A DNA stretch of 64,000 nt from a virus, in IMG/VR virus record IMGVR_UViG_3300047089_000307, positions 1-64,000 of that record; one strand, written 5' to 3'. A program made the position numbers and the translations under genes. Shown piece by piece: positions 43,181 to 53,607 of this stretch; within the stretch, counting starts at the first letter, position 1; each line of letters starts with the position of its first letter. The notes beneath the pieces are model-generated. The model was given only the letters and a program-made list of their open reading frames with translations, searched no databases and had not been told where the DNA came from.

Positions 43181-43771
43181 TTGAGTAAAGTTTCCGGATA
43201 TACCATGACTCAGCTGGAATTGCTTTACAATCTTCCGGCTGCGGTCACCAAGAACACCTACACCACGCAGGCGCCGATCTCGGCCATCGCGTCCACCTCG
43301 GTTCCCCGCGCCCTGATCCCGGCCGGCTACTTCAACGTGGTCGGCAAGTCCCTGCGGGTCAAGGCAGGCGGCACGATCACGTCGGTGGCGGGCACGGCCA
43401 CGTTCGTCTGGGCCTCGGGCCTGGACGCCACGGCAGGCACGATCGCCGGCACGGGCGGCGCGACCCTGTTCACGTCGCCGACGTACACTCCGGCGATCAC
43501 CACGATCTTCCCGTGGGACCTGGACATGGACCTCACCTGCCAGGCAGTCGGCAGCCTGGGTACCACGATCCAGTGCAACGGCTACCTGCGCGTGGCTGTC
43601 GTCGCCACGTCGGTGTTCTCCGCGGCCGGGCAGACGATGGCTTTCACCAACAACCTGACCGGCGTCAATAACGAGATCAGCCTGTTCCTGGAGCTGTTCG
43701 GCACCTGGAGCGTCTCCAACGCCGCCAATAGCACGACCCTCCAGGTCCTGAAGGTCTACGGCGAGAACTGA
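43181..43771 (+). CDS. putative virion structural protein (start uncertain)
   Basis: beta-rich, codon bias. Confidence 0.7.
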   Translation: MSKVSGYTMTQLELLYNLPAAVTKNTYTTQAPISAIASTSVPRALIPAGYFNVVGKSLRVKAGGTITSVAGTATFVWASGLDATAGTIAGTGGATLFTSPTYTPAITTIFPWDLDMDLTCQAVGSLGTTIQCNGYLRVAVVATSVFSAAGQTMAFTNNLTGVNNEISLFLELFGTWSVSNAANSTTLQVLKVYGEN

Positions 43772-43827
43772 TCGGAGTGTAATTACGCGGACACATAGCG
43801 TGACCTGACCAGGAGGGAGGGCCGCGG

Positions 43828-46800
43828 GTGACCGCCACCTTTGACTCGGTCGGCCCGAGCTCCAGCGGCTTTACCTCCGCGGCGACGCCGTACTCGTGGT
43901 CCCATACGCTGGGCGCCGGCGCGACGCTGCTCATCGTGGGGCTGTCGTGCGGCACTGACGGCAACACGCTGACCGTCACCGCGGGCGGCGTGCCGATGAC
44001 CACTACCGCCGGGTCGACCGCCTGGAAGCGGCACACGAACGACGGCACCGCCGGGTTCGGGCAGATTTACGTGCTGCCCGCGCCGCCGACCGGCACGATC
44101 ACGATCGCGGTCTCGGGGGCGACGACCGGCGACCGGGTCAGCGGCGGATCGCTGGCGTTCGCGAGCACCCCCCTGGACTCCACGGCTTACGGCATCCCGG
44201 TTTCTGCCGCAGGGCAGTCCGCCTCCGCCACGGTGAACGTCACGACGACGGCGTCCTCCAGCCTGGTCGCCGCGTTCATGGCCTCCGGGCAGGGCGCCGG
44301 GGCCGTGAGCGGCACGTCTGCCAGCCGGTTCGTGGCCAACGGGGACACTAACTCCGGGGCCGGCAACGATGCCGGGCAGACCGCGCCGGGCACGGGCGGC
44401 AGCGTCGCCATGACGCGGGCGCTCACCTCTGACTTCTGGGCGATATTCGGCATCGAGGTGATGGCCGGGGCCGCTCCGCCAGGCGCCCCGCCAGCGCAGC
44501 CCGGCAGCCGGACGTGGCGCCGCAGCTTCCGCCGCAGTCAGTCCAGCGTCATCCAGGTCAGCCAGGATGTCGTGGCCACCGCCGGGCTGGCCACTGCCAC
44601 CGGGGCCGCGCCGGACGTGGCGTTTGCGACGACGACGCAGCCGGCGCCGGCGCAGCAGCTGGGCGGCGGGACGTGGAAGCGGCACTGGCGCAACCCGATG
44701 GTGCCGTGGTACCGCTTCCAGGAGCTGCCGTACATCACTGGCCTGGCGGGCGGGGGGCGCGGCTACTTCACCGACCAGTTCGGAAATCCCCGGCTGGTGT
44801 GGGGCGACGCCGTCTGGGCGCTGTGCGGCAACGCGGGCCGGTGGAACAGCGGCAACTGGCGGGCTGACTACGACACCTTCACCAGCAACCGCGCCGCGCA
44901 GGGCTTCACTGCCTTGTACGGCAAGCCGATGGGGACGCTCCAGTCCTCTAACATCGACAATAACGGCGGGACGTTCGACTCGCTGTTCCCCTTCCAGGGC
45001 GCGGCGCCGACTACGGGAACCGCCGGGGCCAACCCCAGCACCGGCCTGACCGAGGCGTACTGGCAGCGAATCGATTACTTCCTGGCCGTGTGCAAGGCCA
45101 AGGGCATCACGTTCTTCATGAACGCGGTGGGCTACGCCTCGGACTTCGTAGCAGGCGGTTCCGGGCCGCTGGCCAGCAAGAGCGCCGCGGAGTTCCAGGC
45201 GTACGGCGTCGCGCTCGGCAACCGGTACAAGAACCAGCCGAACATCGTCTGGATGGTCGCGGACGACTATTTCGGCGGATCTGACGACGCGCTGCTGGAC
45301 GGGTTCCTCACCGGGCTGCGCTCATCCGGGGACGCGCACGTCATCTCGATCGAGAACATGCCGGAGTCCACGAGCCGTAACACGCTGGACGCGTCTCCCT
45401 CGGTGGCGGCATGGGGCACCGCGAACGCCCAGTTCGACTTCACTTACTCCTATAACCAGGAGTACTACGGGGTCGAGCAGGCGTACAAGGAAGGCAGCCC
45501 TGTCCCGGTCATCCAGGGGGACGGGTACTTCTACCAGGGCAGCAACGCCTACGCGGGCGGCTCGGGGGCGTTCGCGTACGACCAGGCGTTCCGGCAGGCT
45601 GCCTGGTGGTCCCTGGCCGCCGGCGCCCGCGGCAAGGTCCACGGGTCGGAGTCCATCTGGCAGTACCAGTCCACTGCGCTGGCCAACTCGGCGACGGACT
45701 GGTTCTACGCGAACAACGCCCTGGTCATTCGCACGGTGGTCGAGGGCCTGACGGGGTGGCAGAACCTCTTCCCGGACCTCAGCAGCCAGCTGGTCACCGC
45801 AGGCCGGGGCACCAGGGCCAGCGCGTTCGCCTCCGGCGGCGGCGGCGGGCAGTACGAGGTGGCGTTCACCAGCAGCTACGTGGCCGCGTCGGCCACCCCG
45901 GATTACTCGCTGGCTTTGCTGTACCTGCCGCGGGCCACGACCATCACCGTCAATACCGCGCTGCTGGGACCGGGCTTCACCGCTAACTGGGTGGACCCGG
46001 TCAGCGGGGCGATGTCATCAGCAGGCACCGGGCCGGCGTTCAATTCCACGGCCAAGGGCAGCAACAGCCAGGGCGACCCGGACTGGGCGCTGGTGCTCCA
46101 GGGGCCGCCGGTCACGCCGTCCAGCGTGGTGCCCCCGCAGCCCGGCTCTGTCAGCTGGCGCAGGCAGTTCCGCAGGGTGCAGCAGCTCATGGCCAGCCCG
46201 GCGACCGGGGCCAGTCCTGACCTCCAGGTAACTGCCCAGCTGGCAACGGGCACGGGGTCCGCCCTTGCCCCCGGCGCCGGCCTTACCCCCCCGGTATCGT
46301 CCGGTGCCGGATCGGCAGGCGCCCCCGGCATCGGCCTGGCCGGCGGCTCCGCGGCCGGCAGCGGCGTGGCCCAGCCGCCGGGCGTGCAGCTGGCAACGGG
46401 CCTGGCCACGGGCGCCGGGTCAGCCGGGGCACCGGGCATCGGGCTGGCGGGGGGATCGGCTGCCAGTTCCGGCGTGGCCCAGTCGCCGGGCGTGCAGCTG
46501 GCAACAGGGCTGGCGACGGGCACAGGCTCCGCCCCGGGACCTGGCGCCGGCCTGGCCGCGGCGCTCGCGCCCGGCAGCGGCGCCGCGGGAGCGCCGGGCG
46601 TGCAGCTGACCCCCGGTGCGGCCTCCGGCACGGGCAGCAGCCAGCCCCCGCAGCCGCAGTTCGTGATGAGCGCCGGCCTCAGCCAGGGCACCGGGACGGC
46701 GCTCGCGCCCGGCATCGGCCTGACGGGCGGGCCGGCTGCCGGCAGCGGCGTGGCCCAGTCGCCGGGTGACGAGCTTACCCCGGGCCTTGCCGGGAGCTCT

Positions 46801-47406
46801 GCCGCAGCGGGCGCGGCCGGGACGGGCCTGACCCCGGGCCTGGCCAGCGGCACGGGCACGGCCTTCGGCCCCGGGACCTCAGTCGGCGGGAACCTTCAGG
46901 TCAGCGCGGGCCTGGCAGCGGGCACGGGCACGGCCCTGGCGCCGGGCACTGGCCTGGCAGGCGGCTCCGCGGGCGGCAGCGGCGCTGCGGCATCCCCTGG
47001 CGTGCAGCTGACGCCGGCCCTGGCCGGCGGTACGGGCAGCGGGCAGGGAGCCTCTTCTGCCTCGGCCGCCGGCGCCGCGACCGCCACCGGGACGGGCGCT
47101 GCCCAGCCTCCGGCAGGCGGCAATGCAACGGGCGCCGGCCTCGCGACCGGGGCCGGGGCGGCGCAGGCCGGCGCCAGGGCGCTAACCCCGGCCCCGGCCG
47201 TTGCCCTGGCGGCAGCGCAGCCGCCGTCCCTGTCAGTTACCGCTACCGCCCAGGCGGCCCTGGCGCCGGGCCAGGCGCTGAACGCCACTGCGCAGGGACA
47301 GGCCGCGGTCATCAAGGGCTACAGCACGGGCACGGCAGTCACGCAGCCATCGCAGGGATCAGCGGGCGTGAGCGCGACCGCGACGTCTCAGGGCGGGGTT
47401 ACGTAA
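43828..47406 (+). CDS. large virion-associated protein with glycoside-hydrolase-like (DUF4038-type) core and Gly/Ala-rich tail
   Basis: GDAVW, RAAQGF, RYKNQPNIVW..DD, WWS..AGA and W.DP.SG..DWALVL motifs. Confidence 0.75.
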   Translation: MTATFDSVGPSSSGFTSAATPYSWSHTLGAGATLLIVGLSCGTDGNTLTVTAGGVPMTTTAGSTAWKRHTNDGTAGFGQIYVLPAPPTGTITIAVSGATTGDRVSGGSLAFASTPLDSTAYGIPVSAAGQSASATVNVTTTASSSLVAAFMASGQGAGAVSGTSASRFVANGDTNSGAGNDAGQTAPGTGGSVAMTRALTSDFWAIFGIEVMAGAAPPGAPPAQPGSRTWRRSFRRSQSSVIQVSQDVVATAGLATATGAAPDVAFATTTQPAPAQQLGGGTWKRHWRNPMVPWYRFQELPYITGLAGGGRGYFTDQFGNPRLVWGDAVWALCGNAGRWNSGNWRADYDTFTSNRAAQGFTALYGKPMGTLQSSNIDNNGGTFDSLFPFQGAAPTTGTAGANPSTGLTEAYWQRIDYFLAVCKAKGITFFMNAVGYASDFVAGGSGPLASKSAAEFQAYGVALGNRYKNQPNIVWMVADDYFGGSDDALLDGFLTGLRSSGDAHVISIENMPESTSRNTLDASPSVAAWGTANAQFDFTYSYNQEYYGVEQAYKEGSPVPVIQGDGYFYQGSNAYAGGSGAFAYDQAFRQAAWWSLAAGARGKVHGSESIWQYQSTALANSATDWFYANNALVIRTVVEGLTGWQNLFPDLSSQLVTAGRGTRASAFASGGGGGQYEVAFTSSYVAASATPDYSLALLYLPRATTITVNTALLGPGFTANWVDPVSGAMSSAGTGPAFNSTAKGSNSQGDPDWALVLQGPPVTPSSVVPPQPGSVSWRRQFRRVQQLMASPATGASPDLQVTAQLATGTGSALAPGAGLTPPVSSGAGSAGAPGIGLAGGSAAGSGVAQPPGVQLATGLATGAGSAGAPGIGLAGGSAASSGVAQSPGVQLATGLATGTGSAPGPGAGLAAALAPGSGAAGAPGVQLTPGAASGTGSSQPPQPQFVMSAGLSQGTGTALAPGIGLTGGPAAGSGVAQSPGDELTPGLAGSSAAAGAAGTGLTPGLASGTGTAFGPGTSVGGNLQVSAGLAAGTGTALAPGTGLAGGSAGGSGAAASPGVQLTPALAGGTGSGQGASSASAAGAATATGTGAAQPPAGGNATGAGLATGAGAAQAGARALTPAPAVALAAAQPPSLSVTATAQAALAPGQALNATAQGQAAVIKGYSTGTAVTQPSQGSAGVSATATSQGGVT

Positions 47407-47598
47407 ATGAGTGCCATCTGCAAGAAGACATCCTCGGGCGTGGACGGCCGGAGTTTTCATGTTGACCACGATCACGTCACAGGCGCAGTGCGCGGGCTGC
47501 TATGTCAGACTTGCAATGTCGGACTTGGAGCACTGCATGATGACGTGAACTTGCTGCGCGCTGCTCTCGCTTACCTGGAAGGGAGCGTGATGTCATGA
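47407..47598 (+). CDS. endonuclease VII-like fragment
   Basis: HVDHDH.TG.VRGLLC..CN, N-terminus truncated. Confidence 0.65.
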   Translation: MSAICKKTSSGVDGRSFHVDHDHVTGAVRGLLCQTCNVGLGALHDDVNLLRAALAYLEGSVMS

Positions 47599-48534
47599 CC
47601 GCCACGGTCTTCTTTTGACTCCGTTAACGAGATCGCGCTGCTCAGCAACACGTTCCTGAACAGCTCGCAGGCCGCGGCCGACCCCACGGCCGTCAGCTGC
47701 ACCGTCTCGGACCCGTCCGGGACCTCGGTCACGCACACGTTCGGCGGCGCGTCCCCCGCGGATATCGTCAAGGTAGCCACGGGCAAGTACACGCTGTCGG
47801 TGGCGTGCGCGCCGGCCATCGCGGGCGTGGACGGGCTGTGGCAGTTCGAGTGGGCCGGCACCGGGGCGGTCAGCGACGTCCAGCCGGGAACCTGGCGGGT
47901 GCTGCCGGCCAGCGTCGCCACCTGGTACATCGGGCTGGAGGAGTTCAAGGACCGGCTGGGCATCGCCGACGATAGCGATGACTCCCAGGCGCAGATCGCC
48001 ATCCAGACTGTCTGCGGGTGGGTCAACCAGTGGACCGGCCAGCACTTCAACCGGATCACCGAGGCACGCACGTTCGTGCCGCACGACATCTGCAAGGTCA
48101 ACATCGACCCGCTGGTGTCGGTCACCACGTTCCTGGTCGACCGCGACGGCAACGGCGTCTTCGGCGAGACCTGGACGCTGAACACCGACTACCAGCTGCG
48201 CATCGGGCCGGATTCCTACAACCTGAACGCGACCGGCATCCTGCGGCCGTACCGGCAGGCCGTCACCGTGCAGTCCGGTAAGCTCTTCCCGTTCATCTAC
48301 CCGTTCTCCCACCAGGACCGGGTGCAGGTCACCGGTACCTGGGGCTGGTTCGCGGTCCCCGCGGAGGTTGCCCAGGCGACGTTCATCCTCGCCGCGGACC
48401 TGTTCAAGATGAAGGATGCCCCGTTCGGCGTGGCGGGCGTCAGCGACTACGGCATTACCCGCATTCAGGCCAATCCCTGGCTCATCGAGCTGCTGCGGCC
48501 GTACAAGAACACAAAGCGGGCGGTCGGCGTATGA
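47595..48534 (+). CDS. head-to-tail adaptor, with +1 frameshift at TTT-TGA-C 47613-47619
   Basis: VTGTWGW.AVPAEV.QAT motif; MTATVFF joins DSVNEIALL in the +1 frame. Confidence 0.8.
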
Positions 48535-48793
48535 TTCCCTCCTTCAAGGACGCGACTGCCGTACTCCGTCAGACCCTAACGGGGAAGGAAGAGCACGGTC
48601 ATGCTCATGAGGCGCCAACGTGGCTGCGCGTGCAGTTGCCGCGCTTGCGCGAATGGAGGCTGCTCGATGTGCCTTAACGGGCCCGCGCACTGACATGAGG
48701 CCGCCCGCAAGCTCGCGCCCTGTCCTGACGACGGCGAACTGCCCCGCGCTCGTGCCCGTGACGAACGTCAGGGCGGGCGGGAGGAGGTAAGCC

Positions 48794-49459
48794 GTGGCCA
48801 GGGCGCCGAAGGTCAAGAAGAAGTCCGCTGCCCAGGCTGCCGCGGGGAAGAAATTCGCGGCCGGCGGCCGGGCGGCCATGGCGTCCAAGCGCGCCGCTTA
48901 CGCCAAGAGCCACCATGGCGCGAAGCTGCCCCCGTCCAAGGCGCAGACGCAGGCGTCGATGAAGTGGGCGTCGGCCGGCCGCGCGGCCCAGGCGGCTAAG
49001 AAGCAGGGCAAGAAGCCGCCTGCCAAGGCAGCGGCCACCGCGCCGCCCGGCACCCGGCCTTCGCTGCCCGGCTGGTCGATGGGCTGCAACGACGCCGGGC
49101 CGACGTGCGCCTCGGCGGCCGTGGCCAACCACCTGCTCGCGAGCACGGGCCTGGAGATGACCGAGCAGGAGATAGCGCTGCTGCACATGCTGGCAGGCGG
49201 CGACGACGGCGCGGACATCCCGTCCGTGCTGGAGGTCCTGCTCGCGCGGCCCGCGCTGGTAGCCGGGGCCCGCGGCGGCCTCGCGCGGTTCTTCCAGGCT
49301 GACGAGCAGGTCATCGTCCCGGGCCTGGTCGTCGTGACCGACCTCGGGCACGCCCGGCACGCGGTGCTGTCCCACCCCGGCGGCATGGTGAGCTGGGGTG
49401 GCATCCGGCCCTGGGAGGGCAGCCCCCTGGAGGCGTGGGCGATCGAGTGGGCCGCCTGA
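48794..49459 (+). CDS. hypothetical protein, basic N-terminus and peptidase-like C-terminus
   Basis: K/A-rich region, then ND...C..AA..N and HAV...VSWG motifs. Confidence 0.6.
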   Translation: MARAPKVKKKSAAQAAAGKKFAAGGRAAMASKRAAYAKSHHGAKLPPSKAQTQASMKWASAGRAAQAAKKQGKKPPAKAAATAPPGTRPSLPGWSMGCNDAGPTCASAAVANHLLASTGLEMTEQEIALLHMLAGGDDGADIPSVLEVLLARPALVAGARGGLARFFQADEQVIVPGLVVVTDLGHARHAVLSHPGGMVSWGGIRPWEGSPLEAWAIEWAA

Positions 49460-49533
49460 ATGCATAATGAAGCGCGTTTATCGCCCGATAAAGACAGCAG
49501 GCTTTGCATCCGGGGCGGTATACGCTGTGCGCC

Positions 49534-49692
49534 ATGGCTGATGAGCCTCCCCGGGAAGACCCGATAACCGCCCTCCAGGTGAGCGCGGTGCAGCAGCATG
49601 AGATGTTCCTCGCCTGGCAGGTGGCGGGCTTCGATGCCGCCCAGGCCCTGGAGCTGCTGAAGGCCGTGATCATGGCCATGATCCTGAAGTAG
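49534..49692 (+). CDS. small hypothetical protein
   Basis: HEMF.A...AGF...QAL motif. Confidence 0.6.
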   Translation: MADEPPREDPITALQVSAVQQHEMFLAWQVAGFDAAQALELLKAVIMAMILK

Positions 49693-49705
49693 GCCATGGC
49701 ATACT

Positions 49706-50155
49706 TTGCCCATGGCAGACCTCCCTCCCGACGCGGCGGCCGAGCTGCGCCTCCTGCGCGCGGAGGTGAGCGCGCTGCGCCCGCACGTGGCAGCGGCAGC
49801 GGCCGAGGTAGCGGCGCTGCGCGTGCACGTGGCAGCAGCGGCCGTGCCCCCGGCCGTCATGCGGCACGGCTGGCTGAGGCACGTGGTCAAGGACCTGGAG
49901 ACGGACCCGCACGTCCAGTACAAGGTCCACCTGTACGGTGCGATTTACTGGCTGGTGAACATCCCGGCCGTCGTCCTGCTTTACCTTTTCGCCCCGGGGC
50001 TGTGGCTGAAGCTGGGCATCTTCATCACGCTGCTCTACTCGATATACGCCAATTTTGCCACCGACTACGGAGGAATGTCCGCGGCGATGGCGTCCTTCGG
50101 GCAGTCCCCGCTGCCGGAGTTGCCTGTTCAAGAGCATGTCGACGCGCCTGACTAG
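49706..50155 (+). CDS. membrane protein
   Basis: two TM helices. Confidence 0.6.
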   Translation: MPMADLPPDAAAELRLLRAEVSALRPHVAAAAAEVAALRVHVAAAAVPPAVMRHGWLRHVVKDLETDPHVQYKVHLYGAIYWLVNIPAVVLLYLFAPGLWLKLGIFITLLYSIYANFATDYGGMSAAMASFGQSPLPELPVQEHVDAPD

Positions 50156-50177
50156 TAGCTAGCGTACTCTAGATCCT

Positions 50178-50744
50178 ATGCAAAATTTGCTACTGACGTG
50201 GCCGGAAGCGGCGCGGTTTCCGCTCGCGATGCCCGTGGGAAAGCGTGTAGTAGCGGTGGCCGAGTCTGATGTCCGGCGGTTCATGGGCATGACGGAGGCT
50301 GACGGGAGGTGCCTGCGGTTTACCCGCTGGAAGGACCCGAGGACGGCTTACGGGATGTTCGGGCTGAAGTGCCAGGCGACGGTCCTCGCGCACCGGTTCG
50401 CCTACACGGTCTGGCGCGGGCCGATTCCGGCCAGGCTCACGATCGATCACCTGTGCCATAACGAGGCGGCACAGGCGGGCATGTGTGACGGCGGTCCCTG
50501 TGCTCACCGCGCTTGCGTCTGGCCGTGGAGCCTCCACCCGACTACGCTCTCCCTGAATAAGGCGGCCAGCCCGACGCGCAGCAGGGGCGGAGGCGAGAAT
50601 CACCGCAACGCCCGCAAGACGCACTGCGACAACGGCCATGAGTTCACGCCGGAGAATACGTACGAATGGCGGGGACAGCGGCATTGCCGGGCCTGCCGGG
50701 CAACGGACGCCAGGAACTTCCGGGAGAAAGGCAGTCACGCATGA
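50178..50744 (+). CDS. HNH homing endonuclease
   Basis: AHR..Y....GPIP...IDHLC and KTHC.NGHEFTPENT..R.CRAC motifs. Confidence 0.85.
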   Translation: MQNLLLTWPEAARFPLAMPVGKRVVAVAESDVRRFMGMTEADGRCLRFTRWKDPRTAYGMFGLKCQATVLAHRFAYTVWRGPIPARLTIDHLCHNEAAQAGMCDGGPCAHRACVWPWSLHPTTLSLNKAASPTRSRGGGENHRNARKTHCDNGHEFTPENTYEWRGQRHCRACRATDARNFREKGSHA

Positions 50745-50926
50745 GCACGTTCGTGCTGTCCGAGCTGAGTCACGGCGGCGCCTACCGGACGAACTGGCAC
50801 TGCCAGCCGCCGGACCCCGGGGTGCTGTTCCGGGTGACCCGCGAGGAATGGTCCGTCAGCAGGAATGGCCTGGACGTCCGGGACGTCTACGAGATCGAGG
50901 TCCTGGACGGGGAGGTCCGGGCCTGA
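50741..50926 (+). CDS. hypothetical protein
   Basis: ATGA coupling. Confidence 0.5.
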   Translation: MSTFVLSELSHGGAYRTNWHCQPPDPGVLFRVTREEWSVSRNGLDVRDVYEIEVLDGEVRA

Positions 50927-50941
50927 CTTCGCGGTGATACG

Positions 50942-51014
50942 GGATTAGACTGACCCCTGATGCTGCGGCCTCCGGGAGCCAGCCGGGAACTGATCCCTGG
51001 AGCCAGCCATCGCC
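50942..51014 (+). promoter_or_regulatory. conserved 73-bp element, copy B
   Basis: 67/73 identical to 18291-18363. Confidence 0.8.
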
Positions 51015-51434
51015 GACCTCGCCGCCATCCGCACCGCGCTGGCGAACCGGATCACCGCCGGGACCGGCCTGCGGACGCTGCCCGAGGCGCGAGACCAGGT
51101 CAGCCCCCCGGTTGCCGTCATCCTGCCCGCCCCGGGGGTGATCCAGTACGGGAACACCGTGGACGGGGCGTTCACCGTCAACCTCGTCGTGCTGCTGCTC
51201 ATCAGCGACGCCGCGCCGACTGAGAAGGTCCAGCGGGCCCTGGACGCCTACCTCGGGATCGGCGCGCACGACGCCGTCCCGTCCAGCATCGCCGGGGCCA
51301 TCCAGGACGACCCGACGCTCGGCGGCACCGTGCACTTCGCGCTGGCCGTCTCCGCGAGCGGGTACGGCCGCGTCGACTACGCCGCGGTCACCTACTTCGG
51401 CGCCCGGGTAGCCGTGCAGGCGGGAGCTATCTGA
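51009..51434 (+). CDS. tail terminator-like protein (probable ATC start)
   Basis: (M)ADLAAIRTALANRI...AI..DPTLGG.V motif. Confidence 0.75.
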   Translation: MADLAAIRTALANRITAGTGLRTLPEARDQVSPPVAVILPAPGVIQYGNTVDGAFTVNLVVLLLISDAAPTEKVQRALDAYLGIGAHDAVPSSIAGAIQDDPTLGGTVHFALAVSASGYGRVDYAAVTYFGARVAVQAGAI

Positions 51435-51763
51435 TGAGCCAGTCCTGGCAATTCCAGCCGGGGACTGACACCTTCGGCAACCGGTACCTTCCGCTGACGA
51501 CCGGCCAGGTCTTCACGGGCCAGGCACGCCCGGCGGCCGACGCCTTCCCTGCGCAGCTGACCCCCGGCGAGTACGTCATTCCCGCCGGCGCTCTCCAGCA
51601 CGCTTACAGCCGGCTGGGGTGGACGGCGACCACGACCACGGCGCAGGCGGCCTGGGCGATCCGGTACATCGCGGATGCCTACGGGAACCGGGACGAGGTC
51701 ATGTCCGCGCGGGGCGTCACCTGGCGCGTGAGGCCGCTGACCCTGGAGGAGATGCTCGCGTAA
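51434..51763 (+). CDS. hypothetical protein with tape-measure-like motifs
   Basis: LTPGEYVIPA and QAAWAIRYI..YG motifs. Confidence 0.55.
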   Translation: MSQSWQFQPGTDTFGNRYLPLTTGQVFTGQARPAADAFPAQLTPGEYVIPAGALQHAYSRLGWTATTTTAQAAWAIRYIADAYGNRDEVMSARGVTWRVRPLTLEEMLA

Positions 51764-51857
51764 GACAATACTCGGAACGTTCACGACTTTCGCAAAGAGT
51801 AAAAATGTACCTGCAACGGAAAGCGCGGGATGCCCGCGTGAAGGAGGTGCTTTTAAA

Positions 51858-52934
51858 ATGAGAGTTCTTATTGTGCATCCGGGGCCCGATTTTCTCCGTC
51901 GCTGACGTCTACCGCGGTTGGGCTGATGGCCTTCGAGAGATGGGCTGTGACGTCGCCATGTTCAATACGAACGATCGATTATCCGGCTCTATTTTTATTC
52001 CCGTGCGCTGATCGACACGGAGCAGAAGGACGAGACCGGCCACCCGATCGTCCGGCAGGCGATGACGCAGCTGGAGGCGGTGCGCGCCAGCATGCAGGGC
52101 CTCTCCCATGCGTGCCTGTCTTACTGGCCCGACGTGATCTTGTTCGTCAGCGGGTTCTTCGTCACCGCGGACATCTTTCACCTGCTGCGACTGCGCCGGT
52201 TTAAGATCGTGCTGCTCATGACGGAATCGCCGTACCAGGACAACGAGCAGCTAGAGCGGGCGCCATTCGCGGACATCAACCTGCTGAACGACCCCACGAA
52301 CATCAGCGCGTACTCCGAGCTCGGCCCGGCTCACTACGTCCCGCACGCCTACCGGCCGGAGCTGCACCACCCGCGGAAGGGCCCGCTGAACCCGGACCTG
52401 GCGGCGGACCTGACGTTCATCGGCACCGCGTTCAAGTCCCGGGTGGAGTTCTTCGAGGCCATGGCCGCCCACCCGTCGTTTGCCGGGACCGACTTCCTGC
52501 TCGGCGGCTCGTACTGGACCGAGGAGACGGACGAGGGCTCGGTGCTGCGCAAGTACCTGTCCCAGGCATGCCAGTGCGTGGACAACACCGAGACGGCCGA
52601 GCTGTACCGGCACGCGAGCTGCGGCATCAACCTGTATCGCCGGGAGTCCGAGGACGACCACCAGGGCGAGGGCTGGGCAATGGGCCCGCGCGAGGTGGAG
52701 CTGGCGGCATCCGGGCTGTTCTTCCTGCGCGACCCGCGGCCGGAGACCGACGAGGTGCTGCCCATGCTGCCGTCCTTTTCCTCCCCGGGGGACGCCGCTG
52801 AGAAGCTGCGCTGGTGGCTGTCCAGGCCAGAATTGAGGAGCAAGGCCGCGCGGGAGGCCCGGCTGGCGGTCGCAGACCGGACTTTCGCAAGCAACGCCAA
52901 AAAGCTGCTCGGCTGGATTGGGGAGCTGCCGTGA
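51858..52934 (+). CDS. glycosyltransferase (GT-B, CgeB-like); 5' part frameshifted
   Basis: MRVLIVHPGPDF N-terminus interrupted at ~51891 and ~51980; DLTFIG, INL.R and R..E.AASG motifs. Confidence 0.75.
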
Positions 52935-53206
52935 GCGACCCTGGCGATGAGTGGACGATGATCTGCCCGCCCGGCTGGATGGACGAGGCGCTGGAGCTGG
53001 CCGCCACCCTCCCGGAGAACGTGCGCGAGGTCGCGGAGTCTGTGCTGGCCCTGGGCAAGTTCCTGCTGATCAACGACACGCAGGTCGCGCGGGTACTATC
53101 AGAGCCGATCCGGTTCGAGTTCAGCTATGAGCCGTTGCCGCGCTGGGGCATGCAGCCGCTCGTCACGCCGCCGCCGCTGAGCCCGGTCCTGCTCAGCGGC
53201 ACCTGA
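52931..53206 (+). CDS. hypothetical protein
   Basis: GTGA coupling. Confidence 0.55.
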   Translation: MSDPGDEWTMICPPGWMDEALELAATLPENVREVAESVLALGKFLLINDTQVARVLSEPIRFEFSYEPLPRWGMQPLVTPPPLSPVLLSGT

Positions 53207-53220
53207 GGAAGAGGCTTGCC

Positions 53221-53505
53221 ATGGGATATGACGGGAAGTACGGCAAGATCGCCACGGAGCACGGCAGCATCCCCGGCGATGAGCCGGTCATCGTCTTCCG
53301 CGCCCGTGACGCGCTGGCGTGCCCGCTGCTCAGCGCGTACTACGACCTGTGCGAGAAGAAGGGCAGTCCTGAGTTCCACCTCGCCCTGATCGAGCAGGCG
53401 TACAAGACTTTCGCCGACTGGCAGGAAGCGCACCCGGATCAGGTCCGCACGCCGGATAGCGCCGCGCACCGTGAGCGGCTGGAGGCAGGAAGAAGCGGCT
53501 CGTGA
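53221..53505 (+). CDS. hypothetical protein
   Basis: DEPV.VFRARD.LA motif. Confidence 0.7.
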   Translation: MGYDGKYGKIATEHGSIPGDEPVIVFRARDALACPLLSAYYDLCEKKGSPEFHLALIEQAYKTFADWQEAHPDQVRTPDSAAHRERLEAGRSGS

Positions 53506-53607
53506 AGCTGGACGCCGGGCTGTGCCTGATCACCGCCTGCCTGAGCGCCGGAGTGCTCATCCTGGTCCTTGCGCTGTACGGCTGACGTCAAAGGAAAGGA
53601 ACCTCCC

